From contig CANMJR010000004.1 of the NCBI GenBank assembly GCA_947498025.1, positions 16,708 to 80,707 of the forward strand: a DNA stretch of 64,000 bases, written 5' to 3'. The notes under the pieces were generated by a model. The model was given only the letters and a program-made list of their open reading frames with translations, did not search any database and was not told the origin of the DNA. The DNA comes from Helicobacteraceae bacterium. Its GTDB lineage: Bacteria; Campylobacterota; Campylobacteria; Campylobacterales; Sulfurimonadaceae. The translations under genes were made by a program, and so were the position numbers. This document shows positions 50,301 through 59,955 of the stretch, one piece after another; position 1 is the stretch's first letter; each line of letters starts with the position of its first letter.

Positions 50301-50981
50301 ATGCGCATGAAAAATAAAAATAAAAAAGCAGTTTGTGTGATGAGTGGCGGGATGGATTCGACGCTGAGTGCATACATGATGAAAAATGACGGTTGCGAAA
50401 TAGTTGCGGTGCATTTTAATTATGAGCAAACAACTCAAGCAAAAGAGTTGGAATGTTTTTTAAAGATATGTGATGCATTAAATGTATCTAATAGATACGT
50501 TCTAGATTTGGATTTTTTTAAACAGCTTGGTGCATCTGCTTTGACAGATAAAAGTATAGAAATCCCTACAAGTGGGCTGGAAGATGGTGTTCCAGTGACT
50601 TATGTGCCTTTTAGAAACGGTATATTTTTGAGCATGGCAGCGGCTATTGCAGAAAAAGAGGGTGCTGAATTTATATCTATCGGCGTAGTGGAAGAGGATA
50701 GCAGCGGTTATCCAGATTGTAGAGAAGCCTATATAAAAAGCATGGAACAGAGTATAAATCTCGGTACAAAAGATGAGACAAATATAGAGATAAAAATGCC
50801 CCTCGTTCGTCTAAAGAAATCTCAAATAGTTGAAAAAGCATTAGAACTCGGTGTACCGCTAGAACTCACTTGGAGCTGCTATAAAAATGAAGAGGCGGCA
50901 TGCGGAGTTTGCGACAGCTGCAGGTTGAGATTAAATGGATTTAAGTTAGCCGGAGTTATAGACCCAATTGAGTATGAATAA
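50301..50981 (+). CDS. queC: 7-cyano-7-deazaguanine synthase
   Basis: SGGMDS, TYVPFRN, YPDCR, TWSCY, CGVCDSC. Confidence 0.96.
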   Translation: MRMKNKNKKAVCVMSGGMDSTLSAYMMKNDGCEIVAVHFNYEQTTQAKELECFLKICDALNVSNRYVLDLDFFKQLGASALTDKSIEIPTSGLEDGVPVTYVPFRNGIFLSMAAAIAEKEGAEFISIGVVEEDSSGYPDCREAYIKSMEQSINLGTKDETNIEIKMPLVRLKKSQIVEKALELGVPLELTWSCYKNEEAACGVCDSCRLRLNGFKLAGVIDPIEYE

Positions 50982-51627
50982 AATTTTTTTCAAAGATTTA
51001 GAGATTGAACATATCTGCAAAATTAGTTTAAAAAATAGTTACATAAGTGTTACGAAAGACGCTAAAGTAGTTTTAAAAACACCAAAAGTTTCTCAAAGAT
51101 TTATAACGGATTTGCTAACACAAAGAGAGAGTTGGATACGTGGGCATCTTTTAAAAATCGCATCCAATAAACCAGAAACGGTAAACTTGGAAGATGAACT
51201 TCTGCTTTTTGGCGATATTTATAGTATTGATATAGAAGAGGCTAAGGAGCTAAGAGAGTTACTGCTTAAACTTAGAGTGGCAAATCAAAAAAATATCCTC
51301 GGCTGCTATGATAATTTTTATAAACTTTATGCAGCAAAATACCTTATTCCACGAGTTGCGCACTTCTCTACAATTATGAATCTTGAGTACAGAGAGATAA
51401 AATTTAGAAAGATGCGAAGCAGATGGGGCAGTTGCAGCTCAAAAAAAGTTATAACACTCAATATTGAGCTGCTCAAGGTAAAAAAAGAGCTTATTGACTA
51501 TGTAATAGTTCATGAACTGGCACATTTAGTCCATATGAACCACTCAAAAAATTTCCATAATTTAGTGCAAAAATATATTACAAACTCAAAGCTGGTCAGA
51601 AAAGAGTTAAGAAGCATTCATTTATAA
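50968..51627 (+). CDS. M48/YgjP-like (DUF45) zinc metallopeptidase
   Basis: [23 protein letters not shown]. Confidence 0.88.
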   Translation: MSMNKIFFKDLEIEHICKISLKNSYISVTKDAKVVLKTPKVSQRFITDLLTQRESWIRGHLLKIASNKPETVNLEDELLLFGDIYSIDIEEAKELRELLLKLRVANQKNILGCYDNFYKLYAAKYLIPRVAHFSTIMNLEYREIKFRKMRSRWGSCSSKKVITLNIELLKVKKELIDYVIVHELAHLVHMNHSKNFHNLVQKYITNSKLVRKELRSIHL

Positions 51628-51667
51628 GTGATAGTACGCATATTTACACTTTTTAAATTTGAAATTA

Positions 51668-52261
51668 TCATTTGTCCAAATCAGCTGCTTTAATAACACT
51701 ATCCTCTCGCGCTTCTATTCGACTTCCCATTTTGAACCCGATGAGTGCAATACCGGAGAGAAACAGTAAAATCAGCCATGTAGGTAGTCCCATTAATGTG
51801 CTAAGGGTTTCTCCATTTACCCCTTTCGCTGCCAAATAAAGCTCTTGCAAACTATCAAAACCGGCGGCAAATATCCAAGTACCTATCACCATTCCAATCA
51901 TAAAAAAGAGGGCATCTAATCGACCGCTGAAAAATCCGACGACGGAAGTACCGGGGCAATATCCCCCAACAGCAAGTCCAGCACCCAAGAGCGCACCACC
52001 TATAGCCATCGCCCAAAAGAATGTAGTTTGTACTCTCAACGCATCGAATCGCACCCATCCGAGAATGTCAAAGAGCCATAGTCCTACTGCCGCCACCACA
52101 ATAGCAACAAACATCACTTTAAAAACGCTCCAATCCTTAAAAGTAAACTGAGCATTGAGTTTACGAGGACTTCCAAGCCCCGATACTTCGAGAAAATAGC
52201 CGAAGAAAAAACCGCCGATGATAATCATACTACCGCTGGTGTATTCAAGAGGAAAATTCAT
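51668..52261 (-). CDS. YeeE/YedE-family sulfur-compound transporter subunit 2
   Basis: GFFFGYFLE, GGYCPGTS motif; likely start ATG 52261 overlapping upstream TGA. Confidence 0.85.
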   Translation of the reverse strand: MNFPLEYTSGSMIIIGGFFFGYFLEVSGLGSPRKLNAQFTFKDWSVFKVMFVAIVVAAVGLWLFDILGWVRFDALRVQTTFFWAMAIGGALLGAGLAVGGYCPGTSVVGFFSGRLDALFFMIGMVIGTWIFAAGFDSLQELYLAAKGVNGETLSTLMGLPTWLILLFLSGIALIGFKMGSRIEAREDSVIKAADLDK

Positions 52262-52776
52262 TGCCATATCCTTCGTGAAATAAATGAGACAACTATCCCT
52301 GCAACGAAAAATGCGATAAGAAATACAAATGCTGCCACCGACAGTGTTGCGCCGCCTGAGAGTCCGAGCCCGCTTGTGCATTCGCGTGCAAGCTGTGCTC
52401 CAAAACCAGTCAGGATTCCTCCGCCAATCGCCAGCATTAACCGGGTGATTCTTCCGATGCTTTGACCGCGTTCAATCTTGAAACGAAATCGTCTGCTCAT
52501 CAAACTCCCCGCCAATGCGCCCAAGGCTACCCCAGCAATCTCCCAGCTAATCCATGCATTCATTGGGTTACCGTCTCCCGTCATGGTGTAGAAAAAATTA
52601 TTATTTTCCGTCCATAGGGGAATCAACGTATCGCTCAGCCATGCACTCAGCCGGATAAAAAAGCCATTTGCACCGAGTCCATGTCCCGTAATAAGAAACA
52701 TGAACATAAGAGCTAAACCGAGCCCTATGCCGGCAGCTAGAGGGGACAAAAACTCTTTAGGTGTTTTATTCTTCAT
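52258..52776 (-). CDS. YeeE/YedE-family sulfur-compound transporter subunit 1
   Basis: GFGAQLARECTSG (canonical A-x-G-C-T-S-G), TM helices, RBS AAGGAG. Confidence 0.85.
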   Translation of the reverse strand: MKNKTPKEFLSPLAAGIGLGLALMFMFLITGHGLGANGFFIRLSAWLSDTLIPLWTENNNFFYTMTGDGNPMNAWISWEIAGVALGALAGSLMSRRFRFKIERGQSIGRITRLMLAIGGGILTGFGAQLARECTSGLGLSGGATLSVAAFVFLIAFFVAGIVVSFISRRIWQ

Positions 52777-52827
52777 GAACGTACTCCTTTTAATGAATGC
52801 AGATTATTATAGAAAAGAACTCTCCAC

Positions 52828-53064
52828 TTATTGAACCTTGATGAACTCTACAATAGCATCAACACTTAGAACTTTCCCAGCGCTAAGAACCTTCCCATTT
52901 ATAACGAGTGTTGGAGTGCTCATGACACCGTACTCCATGATTTTTTGGATATCTTAGACCTTTTCGATTTGAACGAACTTGCCACTTTTAGCTACTGCTT
53001 GTTTCGTTGCTTCTTCGAGGGCTTTACATTTAGCACAGCCGGTTCCTAACACTTCTATTTTCAT
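52828..53064 (-). pseudogene. MTH895-family small thioredoxin-like protein with in-frame TAA
   Basis: MKIEVLGTGCAKC...IEKV*DIQKIMEYGVMSTPTLVING...; TAA at 52956-52954, codon 37. Confidence 0.88.
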
Positions 53065-53501
53065 TTTAGCTTCTTCTTATACTCTTCCATAAAGTCTTTT
53101 GCATTGCTGCCTTTTAGGTAATCTGTCACTGATAAAAGTCCATCACTTAAGTATTTTACATTATAGCCTTTGAGCATTAAAAACATTCTAGCAATATTTG
53201 ACCTATCATTATGCGGACATGCAGTAATAATGAGTTTGGTTTTATCTAGCTCGTTTAAACGATTTGGAAGTTCATTCAGAGGTATGTTTTTAGAAAAGCT
53301 TATATGCCAAGCTTTAAATTCATCACGGAATCTTATGTCTATGACCTGAGCTGTACCGTCCTCCACCATTTTAAGCATTTCAACGGTTTTAATTTTCATC
53401 TCTTTTATTTCTTTGTAGTCAAATTTTTTTAGATAATCATCAAAACTATCTGAATACAATAAACTGCAAAACAACATCACACCTAATAATGACTTTTTCA
53501 T
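53061..53501 (-). CDS. Exported single-domain rhodanese (sulfurtransferase)
   Basis: Signal peptide, VIDIR, ACPHNDRS active-site Cys, YLSDGL. Confidence 0.85.
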   Translation of the reverse strand: MKKSLLGVMLFCSLLYSDSFDDYLKKFDYKEIKEMKIKTVEMLKMVEDGTAQVIDIRFRDEFKAWHISFSKNIPLNELPNRLNELDKTKLIITACPHNDRSNIARMFLMLKGYNVKYLSDGLLSVTDYLKGSNAKDFMEEYKKKLK

Positions 53502-53520
53502 AATACCACCTTTATCTCTT

Positions 53521-54240
53521 TTAAAAATCAGCTTTATCAAATTCTTCTTGCATTTGTTTCTCTTTAAGGGCTTTTAACTCAGCTTCAGACATCATCATAA
53601 GTGTTACTTTCTTCATAAGTAATGTTTTATTTTCAACTTTTGTCATATAGGCGTACATACCATAGGTAATCAGTAGAGTGAAAAATATAACAATAATTTT
53701 TTGTGCTGGGTTAAAAGTTTGTATTTTATCTTTGTTCCTAATTTCACAAGCACCTCCCGGGCAATTTTTAGATTTTTCTTTGTTTATAAAATTGTATATC
53801 ATACATCCAAAACAGATTGAAAATGCGGATTCACTGAAAAGAAGAACCAAACAGACGATACAAATCAGTACTTTAATCGGATTTGGAGCAAAGTTTATGA
53901 CAAGAAGATAAAACATTGGCAATGCTAACACCAAGCCTATTAACCAAGCAAATCTTTTTTGAGCCGCACCGACATATTCCGGTAGCTGGTTTCTCACAAA
54001 AAATCTTCCAATCAATAAACTAGGAGAGTAGCTTGGATTTATGACGCGTATTAAAAAATCAAAGGTAAAAAAAGTGATGAAGTATTTTGTAAAAATCACA
54101 TTGTGCAACATGACACTATTTGTTAAACTCAAAAGACCAAAAGCAAAGAGTAATCCGGCCCCAGCCCTAGCTTCACGCTCATTTACAACTCTGACATCAT
54201 AACCCTCTACTTCTTCACCATATTTAAAAAAATCTTTCAT
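53521..54240 (-). CDS. DUF4395-family membrane protein
   Basis: VNEREARAGAG, PEYVGAAQKRFAW, SICFGC, CPGGAC. Confidence 0.8.
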   Translation of the reverse strand: MKDFFKYGEEVEGYDVRVVNEREARAGAGLLFAFGLLSLTNSVMLHNVIFTKYFITFFTFDFLIRVINPSYSPSLLIGRFFVRNQLPEYVGAAQKRFAWLIGLVLALPMFYLLVINFAPNPIKVLICIVCLVLLFSESAFSICFGCMIYNFINKEKSKNCPGGACEIRNKDKIQTFNPAQKIIVIFFTLLITYGMYAYMTKVENKTLLMKKVTLMMMSEAELKALKEKQMQEEFDKADF

Positions 54241-54336
54241 TTATTCACTCTTCTCTCTTTGAGCTACCGCTTGTTTTGTTACTGCTTCAAGGGTTTTGCA
54301 CTTACTGCATCCTGTTCCTAAAATCTCGATTTTCAT
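54241..54336 (-). pseudogene. Truncated second copy of the small thioredoxin-like gene
   Basis: MKIEILGTGCSKCKTLEAVTKQAVAQREKSE*; matches the first 25 aa of the 52828-53064 copy, then ends. Confidence 0.85.
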
Positions 54337-54578
54337 AGTAAGCACTCCTTCATTAATGGCTCTAGCACTTGAGCATCTACATCGCCTGTAATCGTGATAC
54401 TTGTTCCATCATTTTCACTTGAAACTTCTATATTTTCAATCTTTTGCATGATTTGAGGGTCGCAATCACAACTACAAGAACCATTTTTACATGCCTCAAT
54501 CTTTGCAGACAGCTCCTCAGTTTTAAATCCTGTTATGAAGGCTTTCACACCTTTTTCTGTATTTGTTACTTTAAACAT
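54333..54578 (-). CDS. Small Cys-cluster protein of unknown function
   Basis: CKNGSCSCDC motif; translationally coupled within the ars operon. Confidence 0.75.
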   Translation of the reverse strand: MFKVTNTEKGVKAFITGFKTEELSAKIEACKNGSCSCDCDPQIMQKIENIEVSSENDGTSITITGDVDAQVLEPLMKECLL

Positions 54579-54581
54579 AAT

Positions 54582-54992
54582 TTAGCAAAGCTCCTTTTTT
54601 ATTATAGGTAACAACTCTATTTCTATGAGTTGCAATGTTTTTTCATACTCTTCTACTTCTTTACCGCTAGGGTCATCAAATCCTAAATGGATGGTCTTAA
54701 CGGCATGTGGAAACATTGGACATGTCTCTTTTGCATGGTCGCAAACTGTAATTATTAAATCAAATTTTGTCTCTAAAACACTCTCTATTACTTTAGAATG
54801 GTAACTTTCTCTCCAGTACCCTTTGTTTTTTAAAAGAGTCTTGGCATGTGGATTTACTGCTCCACTCGCTTTAACACCTGAACTTTGAGCTTCGACGCAA
54901 TCGCCTAATTTAGCGTTGATTAAAGCTTCTGCCATAATGGAACGGCAACTATTTCCTGTACATAAAATAAGCACCTGTTTTTTTTGACTCAT
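54582..54992 (-). CDS. arsC: Thioredoxin-coupled arsenate reductase (LMW-PTP fold)
   Basis: CTGNSCRS, TVCDHAKETCP, FDDP. Confidence 0.93.
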   Translation of the reverse strand: MSQKKQVLILCTGNSCRSIMAEALINAKLGDCVEAQSSGVKASGAVNPHAKTLLKNKGYWRESYHSKVIESVLETKFDLIITVCDHAKETCPMFPHAVKTIHLGFDDPSGKEVEEYEKTLQLIEIELLPIIKKELC

Positions 54993-55312
54993 ATTTTACA
55001 TCCTCCTGTTTCTGATGATTTTTTTAAAGGTGGAAGTTCGACTGATAAGTATCGAATCTCCTCCAAAGCTTCACTGCGGAAGCGATCAAGGGGTGCTCTG
55101 ATTGAGTAATATGCCCAAGTTCCCTTACGTTCAACGCGTAAAAAACCGGCATCTTTTAAAATCTTCAGATGACGCGAAAGACGCGATTGAATCATCTCTA
55201 AAGATGCTTGTAAATCACATACGCAACATTCGCCATTCACATCAATAAACCGCAAGATTAATACTCGGGTTTCATCATTGAGTGCTGAAATACTTTTTAA
55301 AAAAACTTCCAT
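54989..55312 (-). CDS. arsR: ArsR/SmtB As(III)-responsive repressor
   Basis: ECCVCDL alpha3 site, SRHLKILK, RKGTWAYY; likely start ATG 55312. Confidence 0.92.
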   Translation of the reverse strand: MEVFLKSISALNDETRVLILRFIDVNGECCVCDLQASLEMIQSRLSRHLKILKDAGFLRVERKGTWAYYSIRAPLDRFRSEALEEIRYLSVELPPLKKSSETGGCKI

Positions 55313-55356
55313 TTTTACCTCCATTTGAAGAAATTGTAGCATAATTAAATTACAAT

Positions 55357-55407
55357 ATCAATATATGTTGATTTATGGATTTTATTTGGATATAGTTTCA
55401 ACATATA
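55357..55407. promoter_or_regulatory. Candidate ArsR operator in divergent arsR/arsB intergenic region
   Basis: ATCAA-tatatg-TTGAT palindrome; TATATGTTGA (55362-71) / TCAACATATA (55398-407) 10-bp inverted pair. Confidence 0.6.
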
Positions 55408-55424
55408 AAATGAAAAGGTAAATA

Positions 55425-56687
55425 ATGATTTTAGCATTGGGCGTTTTTTTAGTCACACTTGTGTTTATAATATGGCAGCCTAAAGGTTTGCAAATTGGAA
55501 CGACAGCCGTTTTCGGTGCAGTTGTGGCACTTTTAGTAGGCGTTGTAAGTTTTGCAGATGTACTCATTGTTACAGGGATTGTTTGGGATGCGACTTTGGC
55601 ATTTATCGGGATTATTCTTCTTTCAATGATTCTTGATGAGATAGGATTTTTTGAATATGCTGCAATAAAAATGGCAAAACTCAGCGGTGGTAACGGACAT
55701 AAGATGTTTGTTTACATCTTACTTTTAGGTGCGATAGTTTCTGCTTTTTTTGCAAATGACGGAGCAGCACTGATTTTAACTCCGATTGTACTGGCAAAGA
55801 TGAAATACTTAAAAATGAAACCATTAGCGATTTTCGCTTTCTTGATGGCGGGTGGTTTTATAGGCGATAGTGCTTCCAATCCGCTTGTTATTTCAAACCT
55901 CACAAACATCGTAACCATAGGCTATTTTGACATAGGTTTTGTGGAGTATGCAAAAAATATGTTTTTACCGAACTTGTTGAGCATAGTTGCTTCGGTTGCT
56001 GTGTTATGGATTTATTTTCGTAAAGATATTCCTTTTGTCATCGATGTTTCACAGCTTCCGGAAGCTTCGTCTGTTATAAAAAATAAAACAATGTTTCAGT
56101 TTTCTTGGTTCTTTTTAGCATTTTTGATGCTAGGTTATTTTATCGGCGATTATTTTCACATGCCGGTTTCTCTCTTCGCTCTTGGCGGTGCTTTGGTGTT
56201 TTTAGTCATAGCAAATCACTACAAAGCAGTCAAACCAATGATGACGATAAAAGCAGCTCCTTGGCAGGTTGTCTGGTTTAGTGTCGGGCTTTATGTTGTT
56301 GTTTATGGTCTTAAAAATGCAGGGTTAACAGATGTTATTGCCTCTTGGATTGTGGAGTTAAATAGACATGGAGCGACTGTAGCTATCATAGGAACTGGGT
56401 TCTTATCGGCGTTTATAAGTTCTGTGATGAACAACATGCCGACAATTATGATTATGGATATAGCGATTGATAAAGTGGGCTTCGTTGGACATGAAGCACT
56501 GGTTTATGCAAATATCTTAGGTTCAAACCTAGGTCCAAAAATGACACCTATCGGCTCACTCGCAACGCTTTTATGGCTCCATGTACTCGCACAAAAAGGT
56601 GTGAAAATAGGGTGGGGTGAGTACATGAAAGTAGGGCTTGTGATAACACCGCCGGTTTTACTTGTAGCACTTCTTGGATTGGTTTAG
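55425..56687 (+). CDS. arsB: Arsenite efflux pump ArsB
   Basis: VWDATLAFI, FANDGAALILTP, SNLTNIV, GPKMTPIGSLATLLW. Confidence 0.95.
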   Translation: MILALGVFLVTLVFIIWQPKGLQIGTTAVFGAVVALLVGVVSFADVLIVTGIVWDATLAFIGIILLSMILDEIGFFEYAAIKMAKLSGGNGHKMFVYILLLGAIVSAFFANDGAALILTPIVLAKMKYLKMKPLAIFAFLMAGGFIGDSASNPLVISNLTNIVTIGYFDIGFVEYAKNMFLPNLLSIVASVAVLWIYFRKDIPFVIDVSQLPEASSVIKNKTMFQFSWFFLAFLMLGYFIGDYFHMPVSLFALGGALVFLVIANHYKAVKPMMTIKAAPWQVVWFSVGLYVVVYGLKNAGLTDVIASWIVELNRHGATVAIIGTGFLSAFISSVMNNMPTIMIMDIAIDKVGFVGHEALVYANILGSNLGPKMTPIGSLATLLWLHVLAQKGVKIGWGEYMKVGLVITPPVLLVALLGLV

Positions 56688-56742
56688 CTACTATTTTTAT
56701 TGAAAAACAGTTCTACAAAAATTAAAATAAAGAGAGCGAATT

Positions 56743-57639
56743 ATGTCCGAACATCACCACCATCACCATGTAAGCGGTAAAAATTTATTTATTACAATTA
56801 TTTTAAATAGTATTATTACTATTGCCCAGATTATTGGAGGTATTGTCTCCGGTTCACTAGCGCTTCTTAGCGATGCCATGCACAATTTCAGTGATGTACT
56901 TTCTTTGGTCATTGCTTACGGTGCAAATAGAATCTCAAGCAAACCGAGTAATGCTGAGAAAACTTTTGGTTATCATAGAGCAGAGATATTGGCGGCACTT
57001 TTTAACTCCTCCGTTTTAATTGGTATCTCTCTTTATTTGATTATTGAAGCATGTAGCAAACTTTATCATCCGGAGCCTATAGATTCGACATGGGTTATTG
57101 CACTTGGAGCTTTAGGGATTGTCGTAAATGCACTCAGTGTTTGGATGGTTAAAGAAGATGCCGAAGAAAATATGAATCTGCAAGCTGCCTATTTGCATCT
57201 TTTAGCGGATGTTATGACATCTATCGCCGTTGTTATAGGCGGTGTGCTCATGTATTATTTTCATATTTTTTGGATTGACCCTATTATCTCTATTTTAATA
57301 GCTTTGTATCTTCTTTGGGCTTCCTTTGGATTAGTAAAAGATGCAACTTTTGTGTTGATGCAGTTTGTACCAAAAGGTATAGAACTAAGTGAAGTTGTAA
57401 AAACGATAACTGCCCTACCTCAAATTGAGAATGCTCATCATATACATTTATGGCAGTTAGATGACCATCGCATCCATCTTGAAGCACACCTTGATTTTAA
57501 TGAAAATATTACAATTGAAGCTTCAAATCAAATCATTAATATACTTGAAAAAGAGCTAAGAGAGCTGTTTAAAATATCACATGTTACATTTCAATGTGAA
57601 TATAATCGATGTGATAATAAAGAGGTTATCAAACTTTAG
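56743..57639 (+). CDS. czcD: CDF-family divalent metal efflux transporter (CzcD-like)
   Basis: His-rich N-terminus, SDAMHNFSD, TFGYHRAE, HLLADV, HIHLWQ. Confidence 0.9.
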   Translation: MSEHHHHHHVSGKNLFITIILNSIITIAQIIGGIVSGSLALLSDAMHNFSDVLSLVIAYGANRISSKPSNAEKTFGYHRAEILAALFNSSVLIGISLYLIIEACSKLYHPEPIDSTWVIALGALGIVVNALSVWMVKEDAEENMNLQAAYLHLLADVMTSIAVVIGGVLMYYFHIFWIDPIISILIALYLLWASFGLVKDATFVLMQFVPKGIELSEVVKTITALPQIENAHHIHLWQLDDHRIHLEAHLDFNENITIEASNQIINILEKELRELFKISHVTFQCEYNRCDNKEVIKL

Positions 57640-59256
57640 TTAAAACTCAATCCCGTATTTTTGTATTTTATACCCTATTTGACGGGCAGTCATGCCGAGT
57701 TGTGTGGCTGCTTTGGTCTGAATTCCGCGGTGTTCAATCAATGCTTGAATGATAGACTCTTTTTCCATGTCTAAAAGGCTTGCTTTTGTTAACCTTGGAG
57801 TAGGTTGAGTATTTTCATGGTTCGGTGCCACCGGAGCTGTTTGTGAAATATAAACAGGTGCAGGCTCCGGTGGCATGTACAGTTTTTGGTAATTAAAAGG
57901 CAAGACATGGTTGAGCATATCAGGTTCTATAATCCCATTTGGGCAGATGAGAACAATTCGTTCCATTGTATTTTGCAATTCACGAATATTTCCAGGCCAT
58001 GGATAATCAAGAAGAATTTCAAGTGCCGTTTTTGATAAACTCATCTCTTTGCGATGCTCCTGCATAAACTTTTGCAGATAGTGTTCAACAAGCAGTTTTA
58101 CATCTTCATATCTCTCTCTGAGTGGCGGAAGATTGACAGGGATGACATTTAAACGGTAGAACAAATCCTCTCTAAATGTACCGTTTCTAACCATCTCTTC
58201 AAGGTTTCTATTGGTTGCGGCTACAAGACGGACATTAGTTTTTATGGTTTTATTTCCGCCGACTCTCTCAAACTCCTGTTCTTGCAAAATTCTAAGAAGT
58301 TTTACTTGAAGAGAGGGTGTAATATCTCCGATTTCATCCAAAAAAAGTGTTCCTCCGTCTGCCAACTCAAAACGACCTTTTCTAGCTTCTTTGGCATCTG
58401 TAAAAGCGCCTTTCTCATGCCCGAAGAGTTCACTCTCCAGCAGCGTTTCGCTGATAGCTGCACAGTTTAATTTTATAAAAGGTGCATTGCTTCTTTTGCT
58501 GAGATTATGTACGGCTGTAGCAATAAGTTCTTTACCCGTTCCAGTTTCGCCACGAATTAAAATTGTCGCATCTGACGGAGCAACAGTTTCTAGCATGCTA
58601 AAAATCACTCTCATTTTAGAACTTTTGCCGATGATGCTCTCAAATTTATATTCGCTGAGTGCTTGATCTTTATAGTAAGTTTTTAGCTCTGTAAGCTCCT
58701 CTTTTTCTTTGGCAAATTTTCTTTGTGTCGCCAATGTTCCTCCAAAAAGTGAGCCGACAATCGTCAGCATGCGTACAACATCATCAAAATCCATAGCCGA
58801 TGATTTACATGTATTTGCAGAGATAACCGCTATAACACCGTCATCTTGAATGATTGGCACGGCGACGTAGGAGATAGAGTTGATATTGATTGTTCCCATT
58901 TTGTTGATGTAGTTGATATTATTATGTATGTTTTCTATGACAACCGGTTCGGCACTTTTTGCAGCGAGTCCGGTTGCCCCTTCACCTAATCTATAAACAG
59001 CCATTTTTTTCTGCTGAGCGGTTAAATCTATTGAAGCATAAAGTTCTAATTGAGTTTTGTCGTCACTCAACATAAAAAGTGTACAGCGGTCAAGATAGGC
59101 GTTTCGCTTCAGCATTCGCATGCCTTTTTCTATGCTCTCATGAACATCGGTAGTACTTGAGAGCATTACGGCAATGTCATACATGAGGCTAATCTCATTG
59201 TATGCAAATGTAAGTGAGCAACTTTTACAATCTTGTTTATTTATATTGTTAGCCAT
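57640..59256 (-). CDS. nifA: GAF-AAA+-Fis sigma-54 activator, NifA-like
   Basis: GAF (YRLGEGATG), GETGTGKE, GAFTDA, FREDLFYRLNV, WPGNIRELQN, HTH TARQIGYKI; the NifA subfamily call is inferred. Confidence 0.75.
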   Translation of the reverse strand: MANNINKQDCKSCSLTFAYNEISLMYDIAVMLSSTTDVHESIEKGMRMLKRNAYLDRCTLFMLSDDKTQLELYASIDLTAQQKKMAVYRLGEGATGLAAKSAEPVVIENIHNNINYINKMGTININSISYVAVPIIQDDGVIAVISANTCKSSAMDFDDVVRMLTIVGSLFGGTLATQRKFAKEKEELTELKTYYKDQALSEYKFESIIGKSSKMRVIFSMLETVAPSDATILIRGETGTGKELIATAVHNLSKRSNAPFIKLNCAAISETLLESELFGHEKGAFTDAKEARKGRFELADGGTLFLDEIGDITPSLQVKLLRILQEQEFERVGGNKTIKTNVRLVAATNRNLEEMVRNGTFREDLFYRLNVIPVNLPPLRERYEDVKLLVEHYLQKFMQEHRKEMSLSKTALEILLDYPWPGNIRELQNTMERIVLICPNGIIEPDMLNHVLPFNYQKLYMPPEPAPVYISQTAPVAPNHENTQPTPRLTKASLLDMEKESIIQALIEHRGIQTKAATQLGMTARQIGYKIQKYGIEF

Positions 59257-59394
59257 TTTGTCATCTTTTTTGTTTGAATTATACTACATGTCTATGCAAA
59301 TATATGTATAAAATATAGGCAATTGTATGATTACTTTATAGAATATTATATGCATTTCTCTATTTAAACAGTATCTTATAAAAATGGAAGAAAA

Positions 59395-59943
59395 ATGCAA
59401 ATAACAGTACATGGAACTCCCGTAACACTCGAAGTAAAAGAGTTAAAGATAGGCAAAGAAGCGCCTGCAGCCCGCATAACAAAGCTTGATGGCACACAAA
59501 ACGTCATAGGGATGATAGCTTCAAATATTCAGCTTCTTATCACTATCCCATCACTTAAAACTGAAGTTTGTTCTTTGGGAGCAAAAAAATTCAACGCATT
59601 AGTACAGCAATTTAAAAACTTAACGACCGTCATGATAACAACGGATGACAAAGAAGTTGTAAAAGAGTTTGCACAAAAAGAGTCCATTGAGAGTGCAGAA
59701 ATAGTTTTGGATACAGAACTTCAATTTGCAAAAAAATTCGGTGTACTCATTAGTGAGGGTAAACTGAAAAATCGCTTGGCTAGAGCGGTGTTCGTTATTG
59801 ACAGAGAAGGTATAATCGCTTATAAAGAGATTGTGGCTGAAATTGTCGATGAGATAGATTACGATGCATGTATGCGTGCAATTGAAAAAATACAGAGTGA
59901 GAAAAAAGGCGGACATACGCATGAGAATTGGATGAGTGTCTAA
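59395..59943 (+). CDS. Tpx-like peroxiredoxin/redoxin
   Basis: PSLKTEVC (PxxxTxxC), LARAVFVID, YKEIV. Confidence 0.85.
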   Translation: MQITVHGTPVTLEVKELKIGKEAPAARITKLDGTQNVIGMIASNIQLLITIPSLKTEVCSLGAKKFNALVQQFKNLTTVMITTDDKEVVKEFAQKESIESAEIVLDTELQFAKKFGVLISEGKLKNRLARAVFVIDREGIIAYKEIVAEIVDEIDYDACMRAIEKIQSEKKGGHTHENWMSV

Positions 59944-59955
59944 GCGTGTAAAGAG

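Noticed and set aside
52262-52381. N-terminal extension of the second YeeE ORF
   Set aside because: It is an alternative frame of the upstream YeeE gene; the ATGA overlap at 52261 gives the real start.
52954-52956. In-frame stop in the thioredoxin-like gene as possible selenocysteine/pyrrolysine recoding
   Set aside because: The codon is TAA (not TGA or TAG), it falls at a Glu position rather than the CxxC, and no SECIS-like hairpin is evident.
56752-56769. His6 run in the CDF transporter as a synthetic tag
   Set aside because: His-rich N-termini are normal for CzcD/ZitB-type CDFs, and no vector sequence is present.
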